From IMG/VR virus record IMGVR_UViG_3300048852_000128, positions 1-46,746 of that record: a stretch of 46,746 nt of DNA. The stretch is one strand, 5' to 3'. The notes under the pieces are model-generated. The model was not told where the DNA came from. It saw only the letters and a program-made list of their open reading frames with translations, and searched no databases. Both the position numbers and the translations under genes were made by a program. This document shows positions 27,779 through 37,793 of the stretch, in pieces (the stretch's first letter is position 1; each line of letters starts with the position of its first letter). Origin of the DNA: a virus. Its lineage: Duplodnaviria > Caudoviricetes.

Positions 27779-28950
27779 GCGGCGCTCTGCCGGCGGCGGC
27801 GGACCGCGACCGTCCGGTCCTGCTGGTGGACGGGCAGCGCTACCTGGGCTGGACCAGCCTGCGCATCACTCGCGCCCTGGACCGGGCCGCGGCGGATTTC
27901 AGCCTCGATATCGCCGAGAGCTGGCCCGGCCTGACCGCGACCTGGCAGCTGAAACCCTTCGACCCGATGCAGCTGCTGCTGGGGGACGAGGGCGGCGACC
28001 TGGTGCTGACCGGCTACATCGACCGGGTGGCGCCGGGGATCGATGCGGACCGCGCCACCGTCGCCGTCGCCGGCCGCAGCAAGACCTGTGACCTGGTCGA
28101 CTGCACGCCGGAGATCGCCGGCACCGAGTTCCGCCGATCCACCCTGCCGGCCATCGCCCGCGCCCTCTGCGCGCCCTTCGGCATCGAGGTGGTGGAGGAG
28201 GTGGACGCCGGCGCCGCCTTCCCGGTCGAGGGCTTCGACCGCGGCGACACCGCCTACGAGACCATCGAGCGCCTGGCCCGCATGCGCGCCGTGCTCGCCA
28301 CCGATGACCCGCAGGGGCGGCTGGTGCTGACCCGCGCCACCCAGGACCGCCGCGCCAGCACGGAGCTGGTGCTGGGGCAGAACATCGAGGCCGCCGAGGC
28401 GGAGCTGAACGGCGCCAAGCGCTTTTCCCGCTACCTGGTGCTGGCGCAGCAGCCCTCCGCCGTCTCCTGGGACCGGGAGGGCGACGGCGACGCGGAGGAT
28501 GAGGACCGCACTGGGCGCCCGGGCGCCGGCCCGCAGCCGGCCGTGCAGGCCACGGCCGAGGACGCGACCGTGCCCCGCTACCGGCCCCGCATCTTCCGGG
28601 CCGAGGGCGCGGCCGATGCCGCCTCCGCCACGGCGCGGGCCGCCTGGGCCGCCAAGACCGCCGCCGCGCGGGCGGTGCGCTGCACCGTCACGGTGAAGGG
28701 CTGGCGGCAGGGCGACGGCCGGCTCTGGCAGGTCAATGAGCTGGTGATGGCGCGCATCCCGCGCCTGCAGCTGGAGCGGGAGATGCTGGTGGTGGCGCTG
28801 ACCTTCCACGCATCGGTGGAGCAGGGGCGGCTGACGGAGCTGGTGCTGACGCCGCCCGAGGCGCTGACGCCGGAGCCGTTTAGCTACCGCGCTCGCCGCG
28901 GCGGCGGCGCGGGCGGCGACCAGTGGTCCGGCGTGAGGTCCGCTCGATGA
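27775..28950 (+). CDS. Baseplate hub protein (Mu gp44/gpP-like)
   Basis: GRSKTCDLVDC, RFSRY and GWRQGDGRLWQVN motifs. Confidence 0.88.
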   Translation: MSGALPAAADRDRPVLLVDGQRYLGWTSLRITRALDRAAADFSLDIAESWPGLTATWQLKPFDPMQLLLGDEGGDLVLTGYIDRVAPGIDADRATVAVAGRSKTCDLVDCTPEIAGTEFRRSTLPAIARALCAPFGIEVVEEVDAGAAFPVEGFDRGDTAYETIERLARMRAVLATDDPQGRLVLTRATQDRRASTELVLGQNIEAAEAELNGAKRFSRYLVLAQQPSAVSWDREGDGDAEDEDRTGRPGAGPQPAVQATAEDATVPRYRPRIFRAEGAADAASATARAAWAAKTAAARAVRCTVTVKGWRQGDGRLWQVNELVMARIPRLQLEREMLVVALTFHASVEQGRLTELVLTPPEALTPEPFSYRARRGGGAGGDQWSGVRSAR

Positions 28951-29420
28951 GAGACCGCTCCGCCACCCTCGGCCCTGTCGCGACGCGGGGCTCCGTCACC
29001 GCCGCTCGGGTTCGCGGCGGCCGGGTGATCTGCGACCTGACGCTGCTCGGCGGCGAGACGCGCTCGCGCGTGGAACTGCTGCAGCCGATGGGCTGGACCA
29101 TGGTGCCGAAGCCTGGCGCCGAGGTGCTGGTGCTCGAGGTGGGCGGGCTGCGCGGCCATTTGGTGGCGGTGGCCGCCGACGATCCCGGTCTGCGCGTCAC
29201 CGACGCCGAGCCGGGCCAGATCTGCGTGCAGGACGAGCGCGGCCAGCGCGTGGTCTTCCGCGATGACGGCATCGAAATTGCCGGCGCGCTGAAGGTCACC
29301 ATCACCGCCTCCGGCCCGGTGGTGCTGGACGCGCCGGAGATCCGCCTCGGCAGCGCCGGCGCCAGCCAGCCCCTGCGCCTCGCCAACAACGCCGCCTCCA
29401 CCAAGGTCTTCGCGGAGTAG
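28947..29420 (+). CDS. Baseplate spike/assembly protein (Mu gp45-like)
   Basis: VELLQPMGWTMVPKPGAEV motif, beta-rich C-terminus. Confidence 0.8.
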   Translation: MRDRSATLGPVATRGSVTAARVRGGRVICDLTLLGGETRSRVELLQPMGWTMVPKPGAEVLVLEVGGLRGHLVAVAADDPGLRVTDAEPGQICVQDERGQRVVFRDDGIEIAGALKVTITASGPVVLDAPEIRLGSAGASQPLRLANNAASTKVFAE

Positions 29421-29426
29421 CGATTC

Positions 29427-29897
29427 ATGGACATCGCCGTCGTCTGGGACAGCCGCCAGCTGCGGGCGGACTGGCAGGTCGTGGCCGGCGACCTGGCGCG
29501 CGACGAGGGCGGACTGCGCAGCGCCATCGCCCTCAGCCTCTTCACCGATCGCCTTGCGCGGGAGGATGACGCGCTGCCCGACGGGGCGGGCACTGACCGC
29601 CGCGGCTGGTGGGGCGACATGCCGGCCTCGCCCGACGCCGAGCCGGATCCGATCGGCTCCCGCCTCTGGCTGCTCGCGCGGTCCAAGCGGACCGAGGAGA
29701 CGCGTCGCCGCGCCGAGCAATGCGCCACGGAGGCGCTGGCCTGGATCCTCCGCGACGGCGTCGCCTCCGCCGTCGATGTCGCGGCCGAATGGGGCGGGGA
29801 GCGCCTGGATCAGCTTCGCCTGACCGTCACGCTGCGCCGCGGTGCGCAGGGTGACGTGACCTTCGACTTCGCCTGGGCCGCCGAGGGGATCGCATGA
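29427..29897 (+). CDS. Baseplate protein (Mu gp46-like)
   Basis: SLFTDR, RGWWGD and GSRLWLL motifs. Confidence 0.9.
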   Translation: MDIAVVWDSRQLRADWQVVAGDLARDEGGLRSAIALSLFTDRLAREDDALPDGAGTDRRGWWGDMPASPDAEPDPIGSRLWLLARSKRTEETRRRAEQCATEALAWILRDGVASAVDVAAEWGGERLDQLRLTVTLRRGAQGDVTFDFAWAAEGIA

Positions 29898-30952
29898 CTG
29901 CCTTCAACCGTCCCACCCTCTCCGCCCTGCGGGAGCAGGCGCGCGGCGCCATCGCGGCGCGCCTGCCGGGGGCCGATCCGGCGCTGGCGCGCAGCGTGCT
30001 GGGCGTGCTGGCTGATGTCTATGCCGGGCTGCTGCACCACCAGTATGCCTACCTCGACTGGATGGTCGGCCAGCTCATCCCGGTCACGGCCGAGGCCGAG
30101 TACCTCGAGCGGTGGTGCCGCCTGGTTGGCATCACCCGCCGGCCCGCCGCGGCCAGCACCGGCACGGTGCAGTTCCTCGGCACCGACGGCGCGGCGATCC
30201 CGGCCGGCACCCGCCTGGTGCGCAGCGACGGCGCCGCCTACCTCACCCAGGCCGAGACCGCGATCGCCGCCGGCGCTGCGTTGGCGGCGGTGGAGGCCGA
30301 AGAGGCCGGCGAGGCCGGCGACCTGGCCGCCGGCGGCAGCCTGGCCCTGGCCACCGCCATCCCGGGCGTGCTCGGCACCGCGACGGTGCAGGCGCCGGGC
30401 CTCGCCGGCGGCGCGCCGGCCGAGGCGGATGCCGAGCTGCGGGAGCGCCTGCGCGCCCGCCTCTCCAGCCCGCCGCAGGGCGGCGCGGCGGCCGATTACG
30501 TGGCCTGGGCGATGGAGGTGCCGGGCGTCACCCGCGCCTGGTGCACCCCGCTCGCGCGCGGCGCCGGCACGGTCAATCTGACCTTCATCAAGGGTGGGCG
30601 GGCGGATGTCATCCCGAGCCCGGCCGAGGTCGCCGAGGTGCAGGCGCATATCGACCCGCTCCGCCCGGTGACCGCCGATGTGTTGGTCTTCGCGCCCACG
30701 CCGGCGCCTCTCGCCATCACCATCGGCGGACTGAACCCCGACACCGCCGCCGTCCGCGGCCGCGTCGAGGAGGAACTGCGGGCCCAGATCCTGCGCGACG
30801 CCGAGCCCGGCGGCACCATCCGCCGCTCCCGCCTGATCGAGGCGGTCGGCCGCGCCGCCGGGGAGAACTGGCACACCATGACGGCGCCGGCCGCCGACGT
30901 GACCCACGCCAGCGGGGTGATCGCGACCTTCGGCGCGGTGACCTTCGCATGA
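29894..30952 (+). CDS. Baseplate J-like protein (Mu gp47-like)
   Basis: PQGGAAADYVAWAMEVPGVTRAW and RPVTA motifs. Confidence 0.92.
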   Translation: MTAFNRPTLSALREQARGAIAARLPGADPALARSVLGVLADVYAGLLHHQYAYLDWMVGQLIPVTAEAEYLERWCRLVGITRRPAAASTGTVQFLGTDGAAIPAGTRLVRSDGAAYLTQAETAIAAGAALAAVEAEEAGEAGDLAAGGSLALATAIPGVLGTATVQAPGLAGGAPAEADAELRERLRARLSSPPQGGAAADYVAWAMEVPGVTRAWCTPLARGAGTVNLTFIKGGRADVIPSPAEVAEVQAHIDPLRPVTADVLVFAPTPAPLAITIGGLNPDTAAVRGRVEEELRAQILRDAEPGGTIRRSRLIEAVGRAAGENWHTMTAPAADVTHASGVIATFGAVTFA

Positions 30953-31560
30953 GCGGCACGGCGGCGAGCCTCGGCGAGGCGGAGTTCCTGGCCGCGCTGC
31001 TGGCGCTGCTGCCCCGGGGCGCCGCCTGGCCGCGCGATCCGGACACGGTGCTGGCGCAGGCGCTGTCCGGCCTTGCCGCCACCCATGCGCGGCTGCATGC
31101 CCGGGCCGGTGACCTCAGCGAGATCGAGTCCGATCCCGCCCAGGCCACCGAGCTGCTGGCGGCATGGGAAGCGACCTATGGCCTGCCCGATCCTTGCGTG
31201 CCCGACGAGCAGACGCTGCAGGCGCGCCGCGCCGCGCTGGTCTCTCGCATCGGCCAGCGTGGCGGGCAGAGCCGGCAATACTTCATCGACGTCGCCGCCG
31301 CGCTCGGTTTCGCCATCACCATCGAGGAGTTCCGCCCGCTCGACGTCGACCACTTCGAGGCGGACGACCCGGTGCTGGACGAGCCCTGGGCCCATGCCTG
31401 GCGGGTGCGCGCCGAGGAGACGACGGTGGTGGAGTTCCGCGCCGAGCTCTCCGCCGCGGATGAGCCGCTGCTCGACTTCGGCAATGCGGCGCTGGAGTGC
31501 GTGCTCGGTCGCCTCCGCCCCGCCCATACCGTGCTGCAGTTTGCCTACGGGAGCGCATGA
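30949..31560 (+). CDS. Baseplate wedge protein (Mu gp48/DUF2313-like)
   Basis: LLPRGAAW, WEATYGLPD, GGQSRQYFI and RPAHT motifs. Confidence 0.88.
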   Translation: MSGTAASLGEAEFLAALLALLPRGAAWPRDPDTVLAQALSGLAATHARLHARAGDLSEIESDPAQATELLAAWEATYGLPDPCVPDEQTLQARRAALVSRIGQRGGQSRQYFIDVAAALGFAITIEEFRPLDVDHFEADDPVLDEPWAHAWRVRAEETTVVEFRAELSAADEPLLDFGNAALECVLGRLRPAHTVLQFAYGSA

Positions 31561-31563
31561 CGC

Positions 31564-32868
31564 ATGTTCCGCATCGACGATCCGACCGCCGCCGCAGAGC
31601 TGCCGACGCCCGAGTCCGCGGGCACGCAGGGCTACTTCACTGGCGGCAATCCCTCCACCGGCGTGCCGGCCACCCGCGTCCGCGCATCCTGGCTGAACCT
31701 GGTGCAGGAGCTGCTGCGCGGCGTGCTCGACAATGTCGGGCTTGCCGCCAGCAAGACCGGCTATGGGCAACTTGCCCAGGCGATCCGGCGCCTCTGCGGC
31801 GGCAATGCCACCAGCCTGAGCGCCAATACCACGCTCACCGCGGACCACGCCGGGTTGGTGACAGTCTCTGCCGCGTCCGGCAGCCGCACCATCACCTTGC
31901 CCTCGGCGGTGGCGGCGAACGGCCGCCCCCTGCGCATCACCCTGGTGCGAAGCGATTCCACATCCGCAAACGCCGTCACAGTGCAGCGCGCCGGCACCGA
32001 CCTGGTGGATGGCGCGACCTCGCTGAGCCTTGCCGTCGGCGAGCGCGTGACGCTGGTAAGCGATGGCGTCAGCACCTGGACCGTTGCGGCGCGCGTGCTG
32101 ACGGGCCCGGCATCCTTCCCGGCCGGCTCCGCAGCCGCGCCCGGGCTGTATGTGACGGGCGACGTGAACACCGGCCTCGCGCAGATCGGCGGGGCGAACA
32201 CCCTGTCGATGGTTGCGAATGGGGTGGAACGGCTGCGGGCGACCGGCACCGGTGTCGACATAGAGGGCACGGCCTCTGCGGACAGCTTGTCGGTGAGCGG
32301 GGCCGCCTCGGCAGCCAGCTTAACGCTGGCAGGGGCGGCCGCGGTGGACAGCTTGTCGGTGACGGCTGGGATCACCGCACGTGGCATCAGCGTGACGCAC
32401 ACAATCATCAACGCCCAGTTCACCTCGACCAGCGGCCCGTCAGGTGTGGAGATCGGCGCGCCGGCGGGACAGATCGCGCATCTCGACCTCAAGGTGCCGG
32501 GTAGTGACGACTATGATCTCCGCCTTGCTACGACCAATACGGGCAGCGAGATCCTCGGCGCCATGAATGTTGTCAAGGCCATGATCAACTATGATGGCAT
32601 CAACAACATCATCAGGCGCTCCTACAACATCTCTTCGGTCACCGATAATGGGAGCGGGGACTACACACTGAACTTCGCGACGGCGCTGAGCGATAGCAAC
32701 TACGCGGTATCCCTGGGCTGGACCGACAGCGGCTCCGCCCAGCAGCCCGCCAAGATCATCGGCGTCGGCGGTTACGCCGGTGCGCCCCTGCTGATGACGG
32801 CGTCTGCCGTCCGCATCGGCGGCACCGGCGCCGGCGAGTTCAATGTCATCACTGCCATCATTGTCTGA
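31564..32868 (+). CDS. Tail fibre protein
   Basis: Mu-type fibre N-terminus (GYFTGGNP...WLNLVQEL), C-terminal NISSVTDNGSGDYTLNF domain. Confidence 0.85.
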   Translation: MFRIDDPTAAAELPTPESAGTQGYFTGGNPSTGVPATRVRASWLNLVQELLRGVLDNVGLAASKTGYGQLAQAIRRLCGGNATSLSANTTLTADHAGLVTVSAASGSRTITLPSAVAANGRPLRITLVRSDSTSANAVTVQRAGTDLVDGATSLSLAVGERVTLVSDGVSTWTVAARVLTGPASFPAGSAAAPGLYVTGDVNTGLAQIGGANTLSMVANGVERLRATGTGVDIEGTASADSLSVSGAASAASLTLAGAAAVDSLSVTAGITARGISVTHTIINAQFTSTSGPSGVEIGAPAGQIAHLDLKVPGSDDYDLRLATTNTGSEILGAMNVVKAMINYDGINNIIRRSYNISSVTDNGSGDYTLNFATALSDSNYAVSLGWTDSGSAQQPAKIIGVGGYAGAPLLMTASAVRIGGTGAGEFNVITAIIV

Positions 32869-32877
32869 GGTGGACCC

Positions 32878-33180
32878 ATGCGGGTGATCTTCCCCAACGG
32901 CACGGGCGGCATCGCCGTGCTGATCCCTGATCCGAATGCGCGGATCTCCTGGGACGAACTGGTGCCGGGCGAGGGCGACGACGTGCCGCCGGTGCGCGTG
33001 ATCCATTCCCGACCCATGACGCTGGCCGAGATTATCGCGAAGGATGTGCCTGAGGGTTCGCCCTATCGAGTGGTGGAAGACGCGGCCATCCCGACGGACC
33101 CCACGTTTCGCGACGCGTGGACGGCGGACTTCACCGGCGCCCCCGTCAACACCGGTAATCCGGAGGACGTGCAGGCATGA
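32878..33180 (+). CDS. Fibre-associated hypothetical protein
   Basis: GAGG RBS; IAKDVPEG...FRDAW motif found after phage fibre genes. Confidence 0.7.
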   Translation: MRVIFPNGTGGIAVLIPDPNARISWDELVPGEGDDVPPVRVIHSRPMTLAEIIAKDVPEGSPYRVVEDAAIPTDPTFRDAWTADFTGAPVNTGNPEDVQA

Positions 33181-33431
33181 TCACCATCGACATCGCCCGG
33201 GCGCGCGACGTCTGGCGCAATCGCATCCGCAAGGCACGCGCCCCCGTGCTGGCGGTGCTCGACATCGCGTACCAGCGCGCGGATGAGGACGGCGACGCCG
33301 CGGCCAAGGCCACCGTCGCCGCGCAGAAGCAGGTCCTGCGTGACGCCCCCGCCGCGCCGGAGATCGAGGCAGCCACAACGCCGGAGCAGCTCCGCGCCTT
33401 CTGGCCCGAGGATCTCGGCCCGGCGCCCTGA
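33177..33431 (+). CDS. Tail fibre assembly chaperone-like protein
   Basis: IRKARAPVLAVLD...KQVLRDAP...FWP motif. Confidence 0.7.
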   Translation: MITIDIARARDVWRNRIRKARAPVLAVLDIAYQRADEDGDAAAKATVAAQKQVLRDAPAAPEIEAATTPEQLRAFWPEDLGPAP

Positions 33432-33486
33432 CGCCATTCGGCCCGCCTTCCACCACCTCCACCCATCTGAAGAGGAGGGACTTCGC

Positions 33487-33906
33487 ATGCCCGATGCGCT
33501 CCCCGTGGTTCGCGTGCGCCTGACGATCGACGGCGCTCAGCATGTGCGCCCCCGCGTCCTGGCCGGCGGCAGCGTGCTGCTCGCGCTCGAGGCCTTCGAC
33601 GCCACCTCGGCGCCGGTCGCGATTGGCGGCGTGCTGTTCCGCCTGCGTGATCCCGCCGGCAACTGGCTGGAGTTGGCGGGTACGCTCGCCAGCACCGGCA
33701 AGGCCCATGCACGCATCACGCCCGCCCTCGTCGGAGAGTGGACCGCCTATGCTGTCTCCGGCACCCCGGCGCAGGAGCTGACGAAGACGGTCTTCGAGGT
33801 GGAGGCGAGCGGCATCGCCGCCGCCCCGGTGCCGGACCCAATGCTGCCCACGGGCGGCCTCGCCGCCCTCCTCACCGAGGACGGCCGCGCGCTGGTGATG
33901 GCCTGA
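33487..33906 (+). CDS. Hypothetical beta-rich virion protein (possible adapter)
   Basis: GAGGAGG RBS; sits directly before the sialidase-like gene. Confidence 0.65.
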   Translation: MPDALPVVRVRLTIDGAQHVRPRVLAGGSVLLALEAFDATSAPVAIGGVLFRLRDPAGNWLELAGTLASTGKAHARITPALVGEWTAYAVSGTPAQELTKTVFEVEASGIAAAPVPDPMLPTGGLAALLTEDGRALVMA

Positions 33907-33907
33907 C

Positions 33908-36295
33908 ATGTCCGGAAGCCTCACGACTGTCACCCTGAGCAGCCTGGACCGCCCGGCCGAGGCCGAGGATGACGCGCTGCTGCCCGCCGTGCAGGGCGGC
34001 CAGACTGTCGCCCTGACCGTCCAGGCCATCACCGACAGGGCCAAGGCAACGATCCTGACGGACATCGGCGGCGCCCAGGCAGCAGCCGAGGGCGCGGCGG
34101 GCCAGGCTGGTGCGGCGCGCAATGACGCCGAGGCCGCAGCAACCGCGGCCACCACAAGTGCCGAGGGGGCCGGCGCAGCGGCGGGCACTGCGATCTCCGC
34201 GCGCGATGCCGCCCAGGGCGCCGCGTCATCCGCCGCCACCAGCGCGATCAGCGCCGAGACGGCGGCTGGCGTTGCGACGGCCGCGCGCAACCAGGCGGAA
34301 GCCTACGCCCTCGCCACCAGCGAGGACTCCGCCGCCGCCGCCGCCGCGCGCGACGCCGCGAAGGAACTGGCGAGCTCAGCCGCCGCGGCCGCCGCGGCCG
34401 GGCTGACGGAGCGCCAGAAGGCCGAGGCCGCCGCGGCCCTGGCGTCCGGCGTGCAGGACCTGGTCGACTCCCTGGTGACGGCCGAGGACCTCGCGGAAAT
34501 GCACGCGACGGTCGCGGCGGCGGAGGAGGCGGCGCAAACCGCCAGGACCTTGGCCGGAGCGGCGGAGGATCACGCGGCCAGCGCTGCCATGGCCTCGGAG
34601 GCGGCCGGCGCCAGTAGCGCCGAGGCGGGTGCGGCCCGGGCTGCGGCGGACCAGGCGCGCGACGTTGCGGTCTCCGTGGCAGGCGAGGCGGTGATCACCG
34701 CGGCAGCTGCGATCAACGGCACCACGCCCGCCATAAGCGCGCCTGGTGGTCTGGTGATGGATGCGGAGGGCGGTCCGGCCTTCCTCAACCTGGCGCCGGG
34801 CGCGAAGCGCGCGCTGGTGGCTGGCTTTGTCGATCCGGCCACCTTCACGCTCCGCTACGGGCTCGTGCTTGATGATGAGGCGCGGGCCTTCCGGCTGGGC
34901 GAGGGCTACTCCTTCGCGGTACCGCAGGCGGAGGTGGACGAGCTCACGGTTCCCGGCGAGGTCGTGCTCGGGGAGAGCCGGCTGCTCGTCAGCCTGCCTG
35001 ACGGAGAGCGTGCCGCTGCGGCACTGGGTGCCGAGGTGGAACTGCTGGGCCTCGACACCCAGAGCCACACGGTGCGGCTGCATGTGCCCGCTGCCAGTCA
35101 TCTGCTGCCGGCGGCTGCCCTGGCGCATCGCGCCGGCGCGGTGCACCTGCAGGCCGCGCCGCGCCCCGCGCCGCTGGGCGGCACGCTGACCGGTCCCGGC
35201 ATCGTGCTGCAGGGCGCCGCGCTGCGGCCCTACGCGGCGCGCACCCACCAGATGATCCCGGCCATCGCGCGCGTCGGCAGCCGGCTGTGGTGTGCTTGGT
35301 TCGGCTGGGACGGCAATCTCGGCAACCCATACGGGGAGCAGGAGGGGACCTACATCATCCTCGCCTACTCCGACGATGCCGGCGCGACCTGGACCGAGGC
35401 CGTGCACATCCAGCCGAACGACATGGCGCAGGATCGTCTCTTCGACCCGCAGCTCTTCGTGTGGTACGGGCGGCTGTGGGTCCTCTACGCCGGCGCCGGC
35501 AGCTCTGCCTCGGAAGATCACGACCTGTGGCTGCCGTGCTTCGCTGCTGCCATCAACAATCCGCTGTCCTCGCTGCGCTTCGAGGTGACGGCGCCAGCCT
35601 TCATCGGCCACGGCGTGCCGGGCCGCCCGTTCGCCTTCAACGGCCAGCCTCACGGGGTCCTGGACGTCTGGCCGCAGCATGGCGGCTATGCGGGGCCAAG
35701 CCCCGTCGTCGGCGCCGGCTCGCGCTTCGGTCGGCTCCACCTCGACGACCCGCTCGGCCCGTGGTTCGAGGTCATCGCCATCATCCCCGAGCCGGCTGAT
35801 CCTGCCGAATGGGACTACAACGAGACCGCGCTGGTCGCTCTTGGCGGCAATGCGCTGTGGGGGCTGCGTCGGACCAATAGCGGCGCCTTCGCGCTGAGCA
35901 CCACCGATGCGGGCCGCAGCTGGGCGTCGCCTGCGCTGTGGGGCGGCTTCACCCCCACGTCCGACAGTCGCGATGCGGTGAACCGCAGCCCCACCGGCCG
36001 GCTTGTAGCCTGCGTCTGCGGCAGCTCGCCACCGGTGCGCGGCAACCTCACCCTGGCGCTCAGTGAGGATGACGGCGCGACCTGGCCGTACTCCTACAAT
36101 CTCTGGCCGAGCACCACGCGCGCGCCGAGCTATCCCAGCCTCGACTTCGACGATGGCGGGAATGTCCTGGTCGCATTCGACGAGGGGCGCGGCCAGAACG
36201 TGAGCGGGATCAAGAACATCCGATTGGCTACGATCCCGGAGGCCAGCGTCGTCGCTGGTGCCGGCTCCGTCACGCACACCCTGATCTCGGAGTAA
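33908..36295 (+). CDS. Tail spike/fibre with Ala-rich stalk and sialidase-like (BNR/Asp-box) propeller
   Basis: Asp-boxes YSDDAGATW, STTDAGRSW, LSEDDGATW; IPAI and SYPS motifs. Confidence 0.75.
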   Translation: MSGSLTTVTLSSLDRPAEAEDDALLPAVQGGQTVALTVQAITDRAKATILTDIGGAQAAAEGAAGQAGAARNDAEAAATAATTSAEGAGAAAGTAISARDAAQGAASSAATSAISAETAAGVATAARNQAEAYALATSEDSAAAAAARDAAKELASSAAAAAAAGLTERQKAEAAAALASGVQDLVDSLVTAEDLAEMHATVAAAEEAAQTARTLAGAAEDHAASAAMASEAAGASSAEAGAARAAADQARDVAVSVAGEAVITAAAAINGTTPAISAPGGLVMDAEGGPAFLNLAPGAKRALVAGFVDPATFTLRYGLVLDDEARAFRLGEGYSFAVPQAEVDELTVPGEVVLGESRLLVSLPDGERAAAALGAEVELLGLDTQSHTVRLHVPAASHLLPAAALAHRAGAVHLQAAPRPAPLGGTLTGPGIVLQGAALRPYAARTHQMIPAIARVGSRLWCAWFGWDGNLGNPYGEQEGTYIILAYSDDAGATWTEAVHIQPNDMAQDRLFDPQLFVWYGRLWVLYAGAGSSASEDHDLWLPCFAAAINNPLSSLRFEVTAPAFIGHGVPGRPFAFNGQPHGVLDVWPQHGGYAGPSPVVGAGSRFGRLHLDDPLGPWFEVIAIIPEPADPAEWDYNETALVALGGNALWGLRRTNSGAFALSTTDAGRSWASPALWGGFTPTSDSRDAVNRSPTGRLVACVCGSSPPVRGNLTLALSEDDGATWPYSYNLWPSTTRAPSYPSLDFDDGGNVLVAFDEGRGQNVSGIKNIRLATIPEASVVAGAGSVTHTLISE

Positions 36296-36300
36296 CGGGC

Positions 36301-37431
36301 ATGCAGATCGCACCGGTCGATGGCGCGCGCACGCGCGCCTTCTTCCCTTTCCGCGTCCTCCAGCAGGATGTGGAGGCGGTCGCCGGCTCCGCGGCCTGGG
36401 TCGACAGCTTTGCCACTGGCCCGGCGCGGGGCGGTAGCACGCCGCCGCACGCGCAAGGCGTGCTGATGACGGATGGGCGCGTGTTCATGGTGCCGCGCAG
36501 CGCCATTCGCCCGCACATCTTCACGCCCGGCGCCGATACGCTCGACACCACGACGCCGCCTACCCATGCGGCGAGCGCGGCGCCCTACTTCACGTGCGGC
36601 GTGCTGCTGCCGAATGGCAGGGTGCTGCTGGTGCCGAACCAGCACACGCGGCTGCTGATCTACGATCCGGTCAGCAACATCTTCAGCAATGGGCCTGAGC
36701 ATGGCCTGACGCTGCCGAACACCAGCACGCCGGCCTTCAGCGCGGCGGTGGTTGGGCAGGATGACCTGGTCTACCTCGCGCCGGGTGCTGGCGCGGCCAT
36801 GGGCATCTACGACTGGCGCAGCAATACGCTGACCTTCGGCGCCAGCGTGGCGGGGCTCGGGGCGCATGGCTACCGGCCATTCAACGCCGCGCTCCTGCTG
36901 CCCAACGGCGACGTGGCGATGATCACCCTCAACAGCGCGTTGCCCTGCCAGCGCTACCGGCCCTCCACCAATTCTGTGATCGCCGGGCCAAGCAGCGGCG
37001 GGCAGCTGTTCTCCAGCGGTCTGTGGCTGCCGACGCGCGGGGAGATCCTGCTGGGGCCACAGGGCGGCGCCAACGCGCGGTTCTGGAACGTCGCGGCCAA
37101 CACCATCCGGGTCGGCGGGACCCACGGCTCCGACGGAAGCACCGCGCAGGTGTGCGCGATCGTGCCGCTGCGCGACGGGCGGGCGGCGATGCTGCCGCAG
37201 CAGAACGCGAAGATCATCATCTACGACCCGGCGACGGACGTGTTTTCAGATGGTGCTTTGACGGACGGCGTAATCGGCAGCTTCAACTTTCGCCGCGGCC
37301 TCACTCTGCCGGACGGCAGGGTCCTCCTGATCTCCGAGAACCGGACCAACCACGGGCTCTGGACGCCCTACACCGGCGGCACGCCGCTGCCTCTGGCCTT
37401 CCTCGCCAGCCGCTACATCAACGCGCTGTAG
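36301..37431 (+). CDS. Kelch-like beta-propeller protein
   Basis: Repeats VLMTDGRVFMVP, VLLPNGRVLLVP, LLLPNGDVAMI, VPLRDGRAAMLP, LTLPDGRVLLI with IYDP spacers. Confidence 0.75.
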   Translation: MQIAPVDGARTRAFFPFRVLQQDVEAVAGSAAWVDSFATGPARGGSTPPHAQGVLMTDGRVFMVPRSAIRPHIFTPGADTLDTTTPPTHAASAAPYFTCGVLLPNGRVLLVPNQHTRLLIYDPVSNIFSNGPEHGLTLPNTSTPAFSAAVVGQDDLVYLAPGAGAAMGIYDWRSNTLTFGASVAGLGAHGYRPFNAALLLPNGDVAMITLNSALPCQRYRPSTNSVIAGPSSGGQLFSSGLWLPTRGEILLGPQGGANARFWNVAANTIRVGGTHGSDGSTAQVCAIVPLRDGRAAMLPQQNAKIIIYDPATDVFSDGALTDGVIGSFNFRRGLTLPDGRVLLISENRTNHGLWTPYTGGTPLPLAFLASRYINAL

Positions 37432-37435
37432 AGCC

Positions 37436-37741
37436 ATGAGCGACCTTGGATGGGCGGATATGCTCCCGCAGCTCTCTGCCGGCGCGCTGGCCGGGGCCGG
37501 CGGCGCCCTGGCGCGCGAGCTGAGCAACACTGATCGCGAGTTTACCTGGGCACTGGTGCCCAAGACGGCCTCTGGCCTGCTCATCGGGACCGCCGGCTGG
37601 GCTGGCGCTGCGACCTTTGGCGTGCAGGACGAGTGGGGCCGCTACGCCGCGGCCTTCGTGGTCGGGATGCTGGGACAAGCGGCGATCGCCGATCTGGCGC
37701 GAGCGATCGTTCGCAGCCGGCTGGGACTGCCGAAGCAGTAG
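37436..37741 (+). CDS. Holin-like membrane protein
   Basis: 101 aa, 2-3 hydrophobic helices, basic C-terminus, in the lysis module. Confidence 0.6.
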   Translation: MSDLGWADMLPQLSAGALAGAGGALARELSNTDREFTWALVPKTASGLLIGTAGWAGAATFGVQDEWGRYAAAFVVGMLGQAAIADLARAIVRSRLGLPKQ

Positions 37742-37793
37742 CACCCCGCCGCCGGGCAGGCGGCAATCCGACAATCTGCAGGAGGACAGGGGC

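Noticed and set aside
32280-32362. 17-bp direct repeat GGACAGCTTGTCGGTGA in the fibre gene as an inversion or recombination site
   Set aside because: Direct, in-frame (66 bp apart) and explained by 11-aa fibre repeats; no invertase nearby
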